Positions 48,864-61,287 of a DNA stretch of 64,000 nucleotides are shown in pieces (the first letter of the stretch is position 1; each line of letters starts with the position of its first letter). The notes below the pieces were generated by a model. The model searched no databases. It had not been told where the DNA came from and saw only the letters and a program-made list of their open reading frames with translations. Source of the stretch: Botryllus schlosseri. Its lineage: Eukaryota. Where the stretch lies: NCBI GenBank assembly GCA_051294905.1, contig CM119377.1, positions 10,168,001 to 10,232,000 on the forward strand. Direction: 5' to 3'. The translations under genes were made by a program, and so were the position numbers.

Positions 48864-51800
48864 TTATGTCAGCTGTTTGGCCTTTTGATAGAGACTGTCC
48901 ACAACCAGCGACATGCTGCTGATGACATCGAGCGAGGTCTCGTACGTCCTGTCCACTACGGGCTCGTCAAAAAGAATAAGAACACCTTCCCCTTGTGATA
49001 ATATCCCTGAATGTAATTTGAGTGAATTAAAAATTTAGCTAGGGAATTGAACCAGATTGTAAACTCACCGTGAAACTTTTTATCGAGAATCATTTGAGAT
49101 AGTTTCTTCTCAACGATGCTCTAAATATGGAAATGTGTTTGTGATTCAAAGTCGCCAGAATGTATAAATTTATGACATTTTGAGCACAACTAGTCATATA
49201 CTGATATTAAACAGTTCACCATCTCTCATAAATGAACATTTCATGAAATTATTTATTTCAAAAGAATCACCAAAATCATTAGTACTCACAAGGTCGATAT
49301 TGATGATGCTGGCGACGTGCTCCACTTGCACTCTCGAGAACGGCTCGATAATCCTCAGCAGGTTCTGCTCGAGTAAATGATCGTACAGTTTATCCAAATG
49401 TGCGCAAATGATCGGATCTGCCTTCAGTTCTTTCTCGTAATCCGTCAACGCCTTTGAAAGAGTAACGTAGCACCACAATGCAAAGTATAGAAAACGTATA
49501 GAAATGTCACATTATGATCACATCAAAAAATATATCGGTATTGACTTGAAATTCTTTTGTCAGTCAAGCTCTAACCGTAATCATCGATACATACCAATTT
49601 TAATCCGGAAATGGAGCGGTCGTGGCTCGACTTTGCAATGCTTTTCATTGCCTCAATCTGACACAAAACGAAGGTTATAAAAAGCGCGAATGCCACCTAT
49701 AAATCCTCTTACTTCTCTGCCGGCGTATTTCAATGCCAGTTTTCCGCTGACGATGGATTGCACATCTTCGGGACTGAAACGTGAAAAAAGTATCGTTCCA
49801 AATGGTTGGGCTTATGACGAATCGTAGGTGACCCCAGTGAAAAAAATTGTCACAGGAGATTGTGTTATAGAATGAACAACTGCACATGGCACTAACTGTT
49901 CGGAGACAAATTACTTGTCTTATGAATACTTCTTATGAATACTCAAGTAGGCAGTACTAGCACTACACTCTAGTGGCTTTATTTAGATAACAATATTGAT
50001 AGGAACAAGACAAAGTCTGGACATCAACAAGTGATGACGTACCGGGATTGGTTTGAGTCCCGAACGTGATTGAACAATATATTAGATATCATTTAACTCA
50101 AACATCATTCAAATTCAACTGGACCAGACATGGAAACGTATCTGGGTCACATCTATACTTTCAGTAAAGTTCTGCGATTTTAGGGAGATCGAGATTGAAC
50201 CCAGCATAGCCCGAATGTGCCAGACAGTTCTACAATCATGTAATCAGATTTCACGTACTGTGCGATTGCTCTCACCTTTTAATCATGATCTTGCAGAGCA
50301 ACATGTACTTCAACGCTGAAATGGCACGTTTGCTTTCGATGGAATCATATCCCTCAAATGCTTCGTAGAAGTAGGAATAGGCCGTTTTCCAGTCCTTCTC
50401 CGCGGCAGCGTGTAAAATACCTAGAAATCAAATGGAAACTCATTGACCCTTGCAAAATTTGTAAATGCTTGCTTTTGATTACCCAACTCCAAATCGTAGC
50501 AATCACTAGAAAGTCACATACATCTCTTATTCTTCGGCTTGCTAGACAGTATCAGCTTATTAATATTTTCATTATTTCAGGACACTACAAAACTGCGATA
50601 CAATGAAAGATAGGAAGGTGTCGAAACGACCTGGTGAAGTCTTTGAAACCAGTATACACTATACAGTATAGTAATTAGTGTATCTTACGAAAATCAGTGA
50701 AACGCCGTCAAAAATCACTGACAATGATAAGACTAAAAATGGCGGTCAATGCCAATAACATTACCACCAATAGTGAGAATCGGTCGGGATGCAAAAATAA
50801 TAATGCACCTTCTTTGTGGTGAAGCTCAATATCAATGCACTCTCCTTCTGCTGGAGCTCAATATCCTCTTGTAGGTTTAATAGAGCTGGTTAAGACATAG
50901 TTCGAGAACTCCGCGATATAGAGACATTGCCATAACACTTATTCAACCACAACTATTTTCCAATACACACAAAAACATCTTGGGTAAGAGCAGAAAATGT
51001 TAGGGAGATCCGTTTAGTTGGGTAGGCGTACGGAAAGCAGTGGCCAGATCGACTTTTGCTGACCTGCTAATGTTCAGTGACAAGTTCTTTGAATTACATA
51101 AAGCAAATCTACCTGGCACACCACAGTTCATGTGACAAAGTTCGCTACAAAATTACCAATTAAGCTAGAAAATGGTAACTTAATTAACAAGAATCACACA
51201 CAGACAAAAGACTTTGACAGGACGACATTGTAAACTACATCTTTCGAACTCATCAGGGGTTGTTTTATAATTTCACTTCTATCCAAATAGAAATTTACCA
51301 TTGAGTAGCATTGAGTAGCAACACACCTCTTAGGAAATGGTAGAAGAGTTCAAACCAAACCTCTCCACATATATGAAACGGCCGTCCACATAAAATATAC
51401 ACAAATACAAATGAACATAATGTAAGCTTACCGGATTGAAGATCAAGAGCTGCCTGCATTTTTGGCGGGCAATAAATCGAGTTCGCTGTGGTTCGAGCAG
51501 ACGTGAGTGCGGCTCTGGCTTTTTGTAAGTTTCCAAGAGCGTGGTACGTTCTCGATTCTACAATTATACGGGGGCTGAGCATATTCGCATCAAACTCACG
51601 GAAACACTCGCGTACCTGTCAGCTGCACCTCCACCAACAGCTGTTTGTCGTCAAGTTTTTTCAGCTCTCGTAATAATGTAGATCCTGAAATATTAGCAAA
51701 CAGTTGGAGCTACTACGAAACGAGTTTTAAATGAAAAAAATAGTAGGTTACCTAATTTCAAAGCTTCTTCGTACCGTTCCGTGTCAAAGTATAATGCAAC

Positions 51801-53562
51801 AAGTCTCGCTTCCAAAGCTTGGCGTAAAAATGTTCGCTTCTCTTCCTTGGCCCACTCAATACACTCTTTACATAGTTGTACCTAGTAACGTTTTGCATTA
51901 TGCACCTGCAAGATATACTTGACCCAGTACCAGAAATGGAAATACCTCAAGCCCAGTACCAGCTTCCATATCCAGAAATAAATCCACTAGCGTTCGGACT
52001 AATTTGGCTGCTTTCGCTTTGCTGATAGATTTCAGGAAAGGGCGAACGCCTTTTACCAGCCCGCCTAGTTCTTCGGCATGACCCTGAAAGAGTTTTCAAG
52101 TTTCCAGCCATACTTATCAAACAGTTACAAGACCAGGCTAGCAATGGTGATGGAACAATTGCTGTCAAGTCACAATCTCAAGATCCATAAATATCGTGAT
52201 TAGAATACGTTACATTAATTTCAGTGCCAGCATTCATTCAGAGTCTGCCATACTTGAGCATTAGGGTTGTTCAAAAATTACTTTTTTCCAGATTCCAGGA
52301 TTCACCGACTAAATTGGTAGGTTGCCTGAAAAAAACGATGCAATTCCAACCAGCATAAGCGAAGTTATTTGAGTTTTTCGTTAATATTTCTGGGATTACC
52401 CATCATCAATCCTATTGGAATCTCGGTACGTTTTGCATAATATAACATGTGAGCAGCAATGATTTTCCAAATTAAAGTAATTTAATAAAAAATATTTAAA
52501 AAAATATAACATAGCGAGAGCACAGGACACCGATTCATACAGGCAACTTGACAATTTCATGCGGATGACAGTAAAATTTCAATTTTTTTCAATTTTTTTA
52601 ATAAATAAATGCAAAAATTGCAATTGGCTCAATTCCAACCGGTCGAAGCCGACGCAAATTTGGTGTGTAGCATTTTCCTTAGGCAACCTAGCGATTTTAT
52701 CAGTGCATCGTCGGAATCCGGAAAAATAGTTATTTTTGAACAATCCTATTGAGCGTGTTTCCAAAAAAAAAATTATTCATCATCGCAGAAAAGAAAAAGT
52801 AAGAAAAACTTCAGATACGTAAATAAACTACACATGATGCAAAAAAATATTGACCGGACGCATTAGTGAAATGAAGTTCAAAACAAAAGGATTGTGAAAT
52901 AAAATGTACAAATGTAGATGTAGGCTATACGCAAATGTATATGCATTTTCATTATGAGATGGAGCTGCACCGAAGTAATTTGTTGGTCATCGAGTCTACT
53001 GCCGTTGTCAGTAGTAGTTTGGTCTACATTGCGTACATCGCGCTCCAACAGTGAATAGTAACCCTGACATCTAATGTAGCTGTAGGTGTAAGAGCACAGA
53101 ACAAGTCAAATTGTGTTTTAAGGGAAATAGGAAATATCTATATCAAATGAACAAAATATGTTGGCTGGTACTAGTTCATATAGCCTACTAGGAGGACTAC
53201 AATCCGAATATCATTCAACAGTGCACATTCAAGACACATACCGGTAGCTCCAAGAATAAATAAGACACCACCAGCTCATTACGGTTAGTAGGGCCTACCT
53301 GTTTTTGTAATAAATTTCCCAGTTCTAATATGCTTTGTTCCTTGAGCTTGATGGCTTCTTCATCAGCAATGCTCACTTCACGTTTCACTGAAAAAGTTAT
53401 AACATACATCACAGTGACTTCAAGTTCCAATGGACGCAATGGTGGATACAACAATTAAATCAAATAGATGAATTTACCAATATCTTTGTAGATATTTATT
53501 GCTCCTTTTTGATCTTGCAAGCTCAATGACTGCGCGTGTTCTAGTTCCATTGAGGCTGCCAT
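48864..53562 (-). CDS. PSMD11: 26S proteasome non-ATPase regulatory subunit 11 (Rpn6), 420 aa. Exons 53562-53478, 53387-53299, 52083-51946, 51881-51752, 51684-51616, 51557-51432, 50420-50276, 49773-49713, 49657-49595, 49451-49290, 49120-49069, 49006-48864
   Basis: KEQSILELG; [12 protein letters not shown]; [15 protein letters not shown]; [18 protein letters not shown]; [16 protein letters not shown]; [16 protein letters not shown]; [22 protein letters not shown]. All introns GT-AG with consistent phases; total 1263 nt. Confidence 0.96.
52450..52543. repeat. Dispersed repeat; the empty-site paralogue of 55224-55629
   Basis: GTGAG.AGC.ATGATTTTCCAAATT.AAGTAATTTA.TAAAAAAT...ACATAG.G.GAGCA(C/T)AGGACACCGATT..ATACAGG is present twice; only the 55 kb copy is interrupted. 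Confidence 0.85.
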
Positions 53563-55303
53563 GGATGTCAGGTTATGTATCGACTATTAATTGAATTGTA
53601 TTAGTTATCTTAATCGCTGGTTCCTATAAATTCTGACACTTATGTAGAGCTGAAACAGATACGAATCGGTTTATATACCACTTTACCTTACACATCCCAA
53701 ACATTGTAGTAAGTTGACACTGACTATATTCACAATAATCAATCGAATAAAAGCCTGACCTGTAGAACCTAATATAGTAAAATTGAAATTTGATTAAAAT
53801 CAACTATATCAATGCAAGATGCAACTTGTAAGTAAGATTATAGTTATGGTATCATGAATAACTGCTGGCGTCTGCCGTCTAGAATTCATAACCTACATAT
53901 CAATATTTCTTACAATAGCATCCAATTATGTTCGGCAGTAAAATTATGAAATGGTCAGGGTTCTATCTTCTATCCATATTTATATATCATTAAAATGTGA
54001 ACACTACAAATATACCGTAGCCGATAAAACAGAATCAGCATCGGTAACAAGTTTTCCTTGATGCCCAGTACACACTACACAGTACACAAATAATATGTAG
54101 AAGTGTGGAATCACTCCGAATCGGCAAACGAACACCCTTTCTTTTCTACCATACTAATCAACGAATCAGCATAAAACGTACAGCAACACTGCGTGGATCA
54201 ATTTGAGCATTGTTAACGATATATCCTTTGTCATGAGCATGGTTAGACAATAGATAAGGTTGTGAGACATGAGCATTATCAAAATATATGCCATTGTAGC
54301 GTTATGATAGCAGTTTTAGATATTTTCTCCAAAGCTCATGAACATCGGTAAAACATGACTCGGTAGTATCTCAGAACTGCTGCGTCACTAATAAACAGAC
54401 ATGTCGATAAGCAGATTTTGAAATAATTGAACCTTCGAAATTTTACAATCATTTCGCCTGACAAAGGGTATGATATGGTGTTTGTATCGAAGAAATAAGT
54501 TCCTTCACATCTCACAAATATCAATAGCTAGATGCAACCCTCTCATATTGATTCGAATACATCGTGGTTTAAGACGGGCGGGGAAGAAGTCTAAAGAAAG
54601 ACACCCGAAAAGATCAGAGCGAGCACCAGGTATCGGTGGATCACCATCATAAACGGTGTTCAAGGCATGTACGTTATAGATTGCTCTTGGTGAATTGTAA
54701 TGAAGAGCAAGCCCACATTTTGTGCTGAACTGAAAGCTCTCAGCCATACTAGCGCGTGATGCGCCTCGATTACCATGGACGGCACCTGCACAAACAAGAA
54801 ACAACTGGAAACGACGCTACACGGCGATACTCGGAAAGAAAAAGTTCGAACTGGGCTTCTTTACGCTGACCCGTCGATTGAAATACATAGTGGCGTCATA
54901 AAGGGCTACATCGAAGAATTACTTGAGTGACGTCGAATGCGGTTTGCAGTACCACTTTTTTCAACAATCACTGTGAGTATACAGATTACAGATAAGTCTG
55001 CCATTGGATATCAATTGCCATTGGGTATAACCTAAGTCGATTTTACATCTGCCGTTGGCGATATACTGTAATGCCGTAAGTTGTAAATAGTAAGTGACGA
55101 TGTCATCTGATTAACACTGCTCACTAGAGGCGTTGGGAAATAATGAAAATATTAGTTATCTATATAGAATATAAGTTGTTGGTTCTTTACTGGAATCGCT
55201 GGCCGTTTTGCCTGATATATCAGGTGAGTAGCGATGATTTTCCAAATTGAAGTAATTTAGTAAAAAATAATGAAAAAGATGAAACATAGTGTGAGCATAG
55301 GAC

Positions 55304-55605
55304 GGTCCGTGGACATATGAGCATGCGACATTACAGCATGCGACGCTTCGGCATGCGACAATTTGGCATGCGACACATGAGCATGTGGGTTAAATTACGG
55401 GTTAGGGGTAGATTAGGTTAGGTTTATGGTTGGGTTAGGGTTAGAGTTTAGGTTAGGTTAGGCTAGGTTAGGTTAGGTTAGGCTATGTTTCGGGTTAGGG
55501 TAAGTTTTTGGGTTATGCAGTCACATGCTGAAGTGACGCATGCTGATGTGTTCCATGCTGAACTGTCGTTTTCCATTGTGTCGCATGCTCATATGTCGGG
55601 CAACC
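55304..55605. mobile_element. MITE (302 bp) with GCATGCGAC subterminal repeats and a central GGTTA/GGGTTA array
   Basis: TIR core GACATATGAGCATGCGACA (55312-55330) / TGTCGCATGCTCATATGTC (55579-55597); termini GGT...ACC; 8-bp TSD CATAGGAC. Confidence 0.9.
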
Positions 55606-56167
55606 CATAGGACACCGATTCCATACAGGGTTGGTGTCATGTGTCATGGTGTTTAGGCTGCATACGGTAACCACTGTAGTATGTATATGATATCAACAAG
55701 AAACAATGTTGCTATGTTTGGACTCATAAATCGTTTGAACTACGTGTGGATAAGAGCAAGGTCGCCTGTAGTCTTTCATCCCGTACCTGTACTCAATGTA
55801 GTTCAATTCTGTATGGTCAAGAAATTACTGCAAATGCATGGTTGCAACTTGTTGAGCTTCCACCTTGTACAGGCTGAAAGTGTGGCGCTTCTTGGTTTGC
55901 TCCCCGACATTTTTTGTTGACTAATTGATATATAGAAGCACACTTACATGGGTTACGTTATTATGAAGATTCCATACTTAGACCATGAGGTGGAAGGTAA
56001 TGTGAATCTGCCGATAGCTACCAAACAATGTCTAGGTCTAGGAATAACCGAAGAAGTGCCAAAAGTTGTGATTTTTTTAGTCTCAGGTAATTTATATGTA
56101 GACTAGCTTTCCCGTTTTTAAACATGCTACATTATTTCAGCTACTCAATACCTGAATTACATGAGAA

Positions 56168-56329
56168 ATGTTACGATTACTGGCACTGTTTGCGACAGGA
56201 CTGCTTAGTGGAGTGTACGTTGCACAAAATTACAACGTGCCCAAATCCTCCGTGATTTTGGAAAAACTGACGAAAACAGTGTCGGACGCTTCATCAAGTC
56301 TATCTGGAAACAAGAAAGATGACTCATGA
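56168..56329 (+). CDS. STMP1: Short transmembrane mitochondrial protein 1-like microprotein, 53 aa
   Basis: MLRLLALFATGLLSGVYVAQNYNVPKSSVILEKLTK...; matches the STMP1/C7orf73 signature G.Y.AQNY.(I/V)P after one N-terminal hydrophobic helix. Preceded by a 54-nt GT-AG intron (56087-56140). Confidence 0.85.
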   Translation: MLRLLALFATGLLSGVYVAQNYNVPKSSVILEKLTKTVSDASSSLSGNKKDDS

Positions 56330-56861
56330 CTTCTTCCGAATGCGGATTCAAACACACGGCTCTATGCATTATCATTACCAAGCTTCATGATTGATGTCAA
56401 ATAATGATTAATCCACTGTGCTGCGACTTGTTGAAAATTGACTGACTGGGTAGGAGTCCAATAACAACTGTTTTGCGATTGATAGGTTACATACAGCTGT
56501 CCGTGAAAGGGCAATCTTGTCACACAATTTAGATTTCCAACCTTGTGACGTTTGTGTGACTTTGCATAACTAGAAGTCAGATATCCATGTAAGTATTTGG
56601 ATTCATAGCCACAATTAATAGACAATGAAATTAAAGTCCAGCCATATATTTCAAGCTGTACTATTTAGCGATTCTGGTCAATGGTCTGCAATGATGAAGA
56701 CTTTGTGACTGAAGATTCTGCATACATAGGCCTACCACTTTGTAACTAATGAATATATTTGTGTTTCGGCTTAAATGTTGTTTACACTAACACAGAAACA
56801 TGTCACAATTTATAGAAATCGAATCACTGAAAATATGGCAAAGTGAAAGTGGTGCAACGTT

Positions 56862-59800
56862 TCAATATTGCTTATCCCAGTTGAAAATATATTTCAATGG
56901 CCTGTTGTGGATATAGTTTTCTAGATTTTCGATGAACCTTTTTTCGACAAGACCACGCCCTCCGGCTCCACTGACATGTGGTGTGATTGTAACATCTTTC
57001 AAATCCCACAACGGTGACTCCGGCGGTAAAGGCTCTTTTTCAAAAACGTCCAAGAATGCTTTTTCAATCCATCCGCTGTTGACTGCCTCGACAATGCTTC
57101 TCTCATCAATAATATCACCTCTACCTATATTGATAAATCTGATTGGTTTACTGGAACAAACCTTCAGAACGCCATTTGACAGAAGTCCCTTTGTATGAGA
57201 GGTGCTGGGCAGTATGTTGCAAATGTAATCACAAGTTTGCAAGAGTTCAGGCAATTCACTGCTAGTATAAATTTTCTTCACATGATCGACTGGTTCCCAA
57301 GTAGTTTTCAGGCCATACACTGTCATACCCATTGAGTTGCATGCTTTTGCCACGTCTTTCCCGATATCTCCTAGACCCAAAATTCCAATACTCAGTTTTG
57401 ACAGGGTTCGGTACCTTAAATGAAAGGACAACCACTTGAGGTGAAACAGCATTACATTATACATTACATACGGCATCCCTATGCTACTGAGGAGGATTTG
57501 TCCCGAGTGAAAGTTAGGAGAGAGGGAGAGTAGAAGAATATGGTGTGGTCAGGCAATACTACTGTACCATAGACTGCAATATCTGCAGATGTGGCCAATG
57601 TTGGTAGTTGGCTACTTATATCAGAAGTCTCAAATTTGCTCGAGGGGCATTTTCCTGGTTTTTGATGACGCCAGGGGCCGCAGAATCAATAATTGGGGGC
57701 TGAATGTCTTTTCAAGTAGGCCTTATTTGACGGGAGCAGACACCTATCGAGAAGATGTGATTCACTAAGTACCAATTCATGCTCTGCTCGAAAAAAATCT
57801 CATTTTTAGATATTTGAATAGAATACATGCGCTAGAGTGGTAGTAAAAATGAAGATCTGAGAAGTACCAGGGTAACTAGTTTCTGAAAGCTTATACACTC
57901 AGGCATAATATGCTATATACTTTTAGCAGTTAATTGGAGGTGATTAAGTTTCGAAATTGTCAGATAAGACTACCGGTAATGTGAAATGACATTCTACTTC
58001 ACGAAAATGCAGACACTCTAGATTTCCCTAAATAATTTGAGTAGAACTGGAAGTGTTCTGTCAACAGAAGTACTGGAGTAGGCCTAGGCGGTTGCCAGTA
58101 AACTCGCCCCAAAGTAAATTCGGCACATGAATTAATAACATAATTATACTATTATTAAGTGATTTGGATGTCAGGGTATGCGTAGATCGCGTAATCACGC
58201 GAGATAGCGCGGATATTCACGGGGACCGAATTTACCGACGGCCGAATTCACTGGTTACTCGGTCAATTCTGCCCTCGGAGAATTTTTTATAAAAATGTAT
58301 TACCAACTATTAATGTGAATTAATGTCATAATTATATTATTATCAAGCGATTTGGAGAACAGGGTATGCGTATAAATATATATATGTATATATATATGCC
58401 GATGTTTACGGGGCCGAATTTACCGACAGCCGAATTCAATCGGTATATTCGGCCCTAGGAGAACATTGTATTACGAACTAATAATGTGTATTATATTACA
58501 TAATTATAATATTATCAAGTGATTTGGAGGTTAGGGGTTAGGTTTAGGATTAGGGTTAGGTCTGGGTTGTAATGACTCGAGTCATGACTCGACTCGAGTC
58601 AGACTCGAGTCACGATTTTTTTATGACTCGACTTGACTCGAGTCATTTTCTTGAAATGGGAAAATGACTCGACTCGACTCGAGTCAATATTTGGATTGAC
58701 TCGACTTGTACTCGAGTCATTACGCATGACTCGACCCAAGTCATTGACTCGGCTTATTTTATATGACTTGAAGATGAAGAAATTTGCGAATCTTAATGGC
58801 TAGATCAACGCATTCGACGAATTCTGCCGACATCGCTATTTGTCACCACTGCTTTCGTTGCACTTGTCTGATATCAGATATGCCGCCGTAAAAACAACAG
58901 AAAATGATACATAGTAGCAATGCATTGTACAAAATCGTCCAGTGATGAAGAGGTAATAGATCCTCCGCAATTAAAGTACTCAAGACTTTTCAATTATACA
59001 AGCAAACAATTGAATCAAAGTTCAATTAGAGCCAATGAAATGACTCAGATGGTGAAGAGACTGATAAGCTCATGTGTATATTTGAAGGCGATGATTCTTT
59101 GCATTTTGGGCGACTTGAAAGAATGAGTATTCAATGCTCTTCAGTGTGGTTCAAAAATGCTTGTCAATTCCTGCATCTAGTGCACTAGTGGAACGTGTAT
59201 TCAGTAGATGTGGATTCATTCTACGGCCATGCCGCTTTAACATATTTGAGGATCTCCTTTCCACATTAGTATTTTTGAGGTGTAACCTCTTGATTTGATC
59301 TGCTGTCTGTGAAAACACACAATGCCCCTCGTCCATTTGACGTTTTGTTAGGTATGTGCATTGTGCACGTGAGTAATAATGAATGGCTAATGTTGTGTGA
59401 TGTTTGTACAATATGGCTGTTCTAAAATAACTTCTTTTTTATTTTACTGGGTGGTTACTTGATAAATTTGTTATGTTGCATAAAAGGAACACTGAATCTG
59501 GCTTAATTTGAAAAAAGTGGAATCAATGATGTGAGATGAGAATATTTTGGATTTGAATATAAATGGAGTATTTTAGTGAGAAATTCTTTCATATAATATA
59601 ATTACATAGTAGTAAGCCGACTGTTTTTTCATATCCAAAACATTCTACTCTAATAACTTCACTTTTTCTAGTTGGAATTGAGTCAAATTTGCTATGAATC
59701 ATATTTTTACACAATGTAACAATATCATGAGATAGCCGGTAAAATTCGAAAATCTCTATTTGTAATTAGTCTAAAATTTTCTTTCATAACATTGCTTTCT

Positions 59801-61287
59801 ACTGGTTGGAATTGAGCCACATTTGATTTTTTAGGCAATCTAGCAATTTTAAGAAGTAGCCGGAAAATTTGAAAAAATGTTTTTGAACAGCCCCATTGTA
59901 CAATTATTTCTCCAATGCTGTAACTGCGATGTAGTCTGTAATGCAATTGGGAAAACCTTTAGTATAATCAAAAGGTATCTGTTCTGTTGTCACTGCACAA
60001 TGCACATAGTTGCATGCACGCTTTTACAGCATGCTGGCCTGTTGTAAATACCTCTACATAAACATGCATCCATTGATTCTCTATCAACTAGTATCTTGAC
60101 GTGAATTTGTTGGTTCTCTATCAGATAGTACGTAGACGTGAATTCGTTGGTTCTCTATCAGCTATTCGTGAGCTATCGTCGACGTGTTCATAATAAAATC
60201 TGAATGCTTGTATTGGTGATGTATCAGACTGACAAGAGAGATATTTGATTATAAGTTCCAAGATTAGTAAAGTTATCTTTAGCATCAGTAAATGAGGCCA
60301 GGACCTGTCCGTTATCTGCCTAAATAAACACGTGCCAAGACTCTGATAGGGACAGAATGAGCATGTTTCGCAAACAGGGAATTCGATATCACCCAAGCAG
60401 GATTGAAAACATGAGTTGAACATGACTTCAATACTGTGACTTGGACTCGACTCGAGTCATAACACAATGACTCGGACTTGACCCTTTAACCTGTGACTTG
60501 GACTCGGACTCGAGTCTGTGATGAATTGAAAATGACTCGACTCGACTCGAGTCAAAACCACAAAAGTATGATTGACTCGTGACTCGGAACCATGTGAATT
60601 GGTTACAACCCTGGGTTAGGTTAGGTTAGGATTAGGGTTAGGATTAGGTAATGGTATTGTAACTGTTGTTGTTACTCTGGCCCTGGCCGAATTCACCGAC
60701 GACCGAAGTGACAGAGGGCCGAATTTACCTTGGGCCGAGTTTACTGGCAACAGGCCTAGGCATGTTTCAAAAAGGAAGAAATACTGGGTTTACGATCACC
60801 TACTGAAACTTCACTATATTATGATGTATACTTGCCCACAAACATCTTCAATTCTCTGCCAGTCTTTATTGAGACTTCGTTTGATGATCTTCGGCATGTT
60901 TCGCTCCATAGAAATGATAGCGCATATCACATAATCGGCCATTTCCAGATTATAGACAGCAGCACTTCTCGTCACGATGCATTGGCGGAAGCGCTTCTTG
61001 ACATCATCGGCGAGTGAATTCAACGGTTCTACACCGGCCCAGGCGCATTGTATCCATTTTAGCGATGGTGGTAGGCAATTGCCGACGGCTTCAAATAATG
61101 TGGGTAGAATGAGGGCTACTTCACAATCTCTTAGCTTTTCCGTCAGCTGTTGAACGTTGTCGTCAGCACCGACTGCTACTAAACCGGCCTTGACCCCAAC
61201 CCGATTTTCTATGTGCTGTACGTAACGCTCTGGATTGGTAAATTGTAATAGCTCTTGACTAATTGCTACTTTCAAGAATCGAGACAT
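56862..61287 (-). CDS. D-isomer-specific 2-hydroxyacid dehydrogenase (glyoxylate/hydroxypyruvate reductase A-like), ~334 aa. Exons 61287-60836 and 57414-56862
   Basis: LKWIQCAWAGVE; Rossmann GILGLGDIG; LPST..T; catalytic motifs FINIGRG, LDVFEKEPL, ITPHVSG intact. Confidence 0.9.
58562..60613 (+). mobile_element. hAT element (2052 bp) with GACTCGAGTC subterminal arrays, nested in the 58090 MITE
   Basis: TIRs C(T/A)GGGTTGTAA / TTACAACCCTG; perfect TSD GGTTAGGT (58554-58561, 60614-60621); carries a transposase C-terminal remnant. Confidence 0.92.
59101..59298 (+). pseudogene. hAT transposase C-terminal dimerisation domain remnant
   Basis: AFWAT*KNEYSMLFSVVQKCLSIPASSALVERVFSRCGFILRPCR...LVFLRCN: the SIPASS..ERVFS signature, with an in-frame stop at 59116-59118. 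Confidence 0.88.

Larger units (their letters stand above)
58090..60752. mobile_element. MITE (~600 bp without its insert) with GGTTGCC termini, GGCCGAATT repeats and a central GGTTAG array, in the dehydrogenase intron
   Basis: 34-bp TIR GTTGCCAGTAAACTCG(C/G)CCCAA(A/G)GTAAATTCGGC with 2 mismatches; flanking direct repeat (A)GGCCTAGGC on both sides; internal ~190-bp tandem unit. Confidence 0.88.

Noticed and set aside
49595-49620. PSMD11 peptide RSISGLKL deviating from the conserved RSLADFEK, suggesting a compensated frameshift
   Set aside because: Frame and splice phases are intact; simple substitutions or a sequencing error cannot be distinguished here.
54336-54804. Minus-strand ORFs with an acceptor-like TTTGTGCAG upstream of PSMD11
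   Set aside because: No recognisable product and frequent stops on extension; may be UTR or promoter-proximal sequence.
55388-60650. GGTTAG arrays as interstitial telomere or chromosome-fusion relics
   Set aside because: They are short, degenerate and centrally located within TIR-bounded MITEs.
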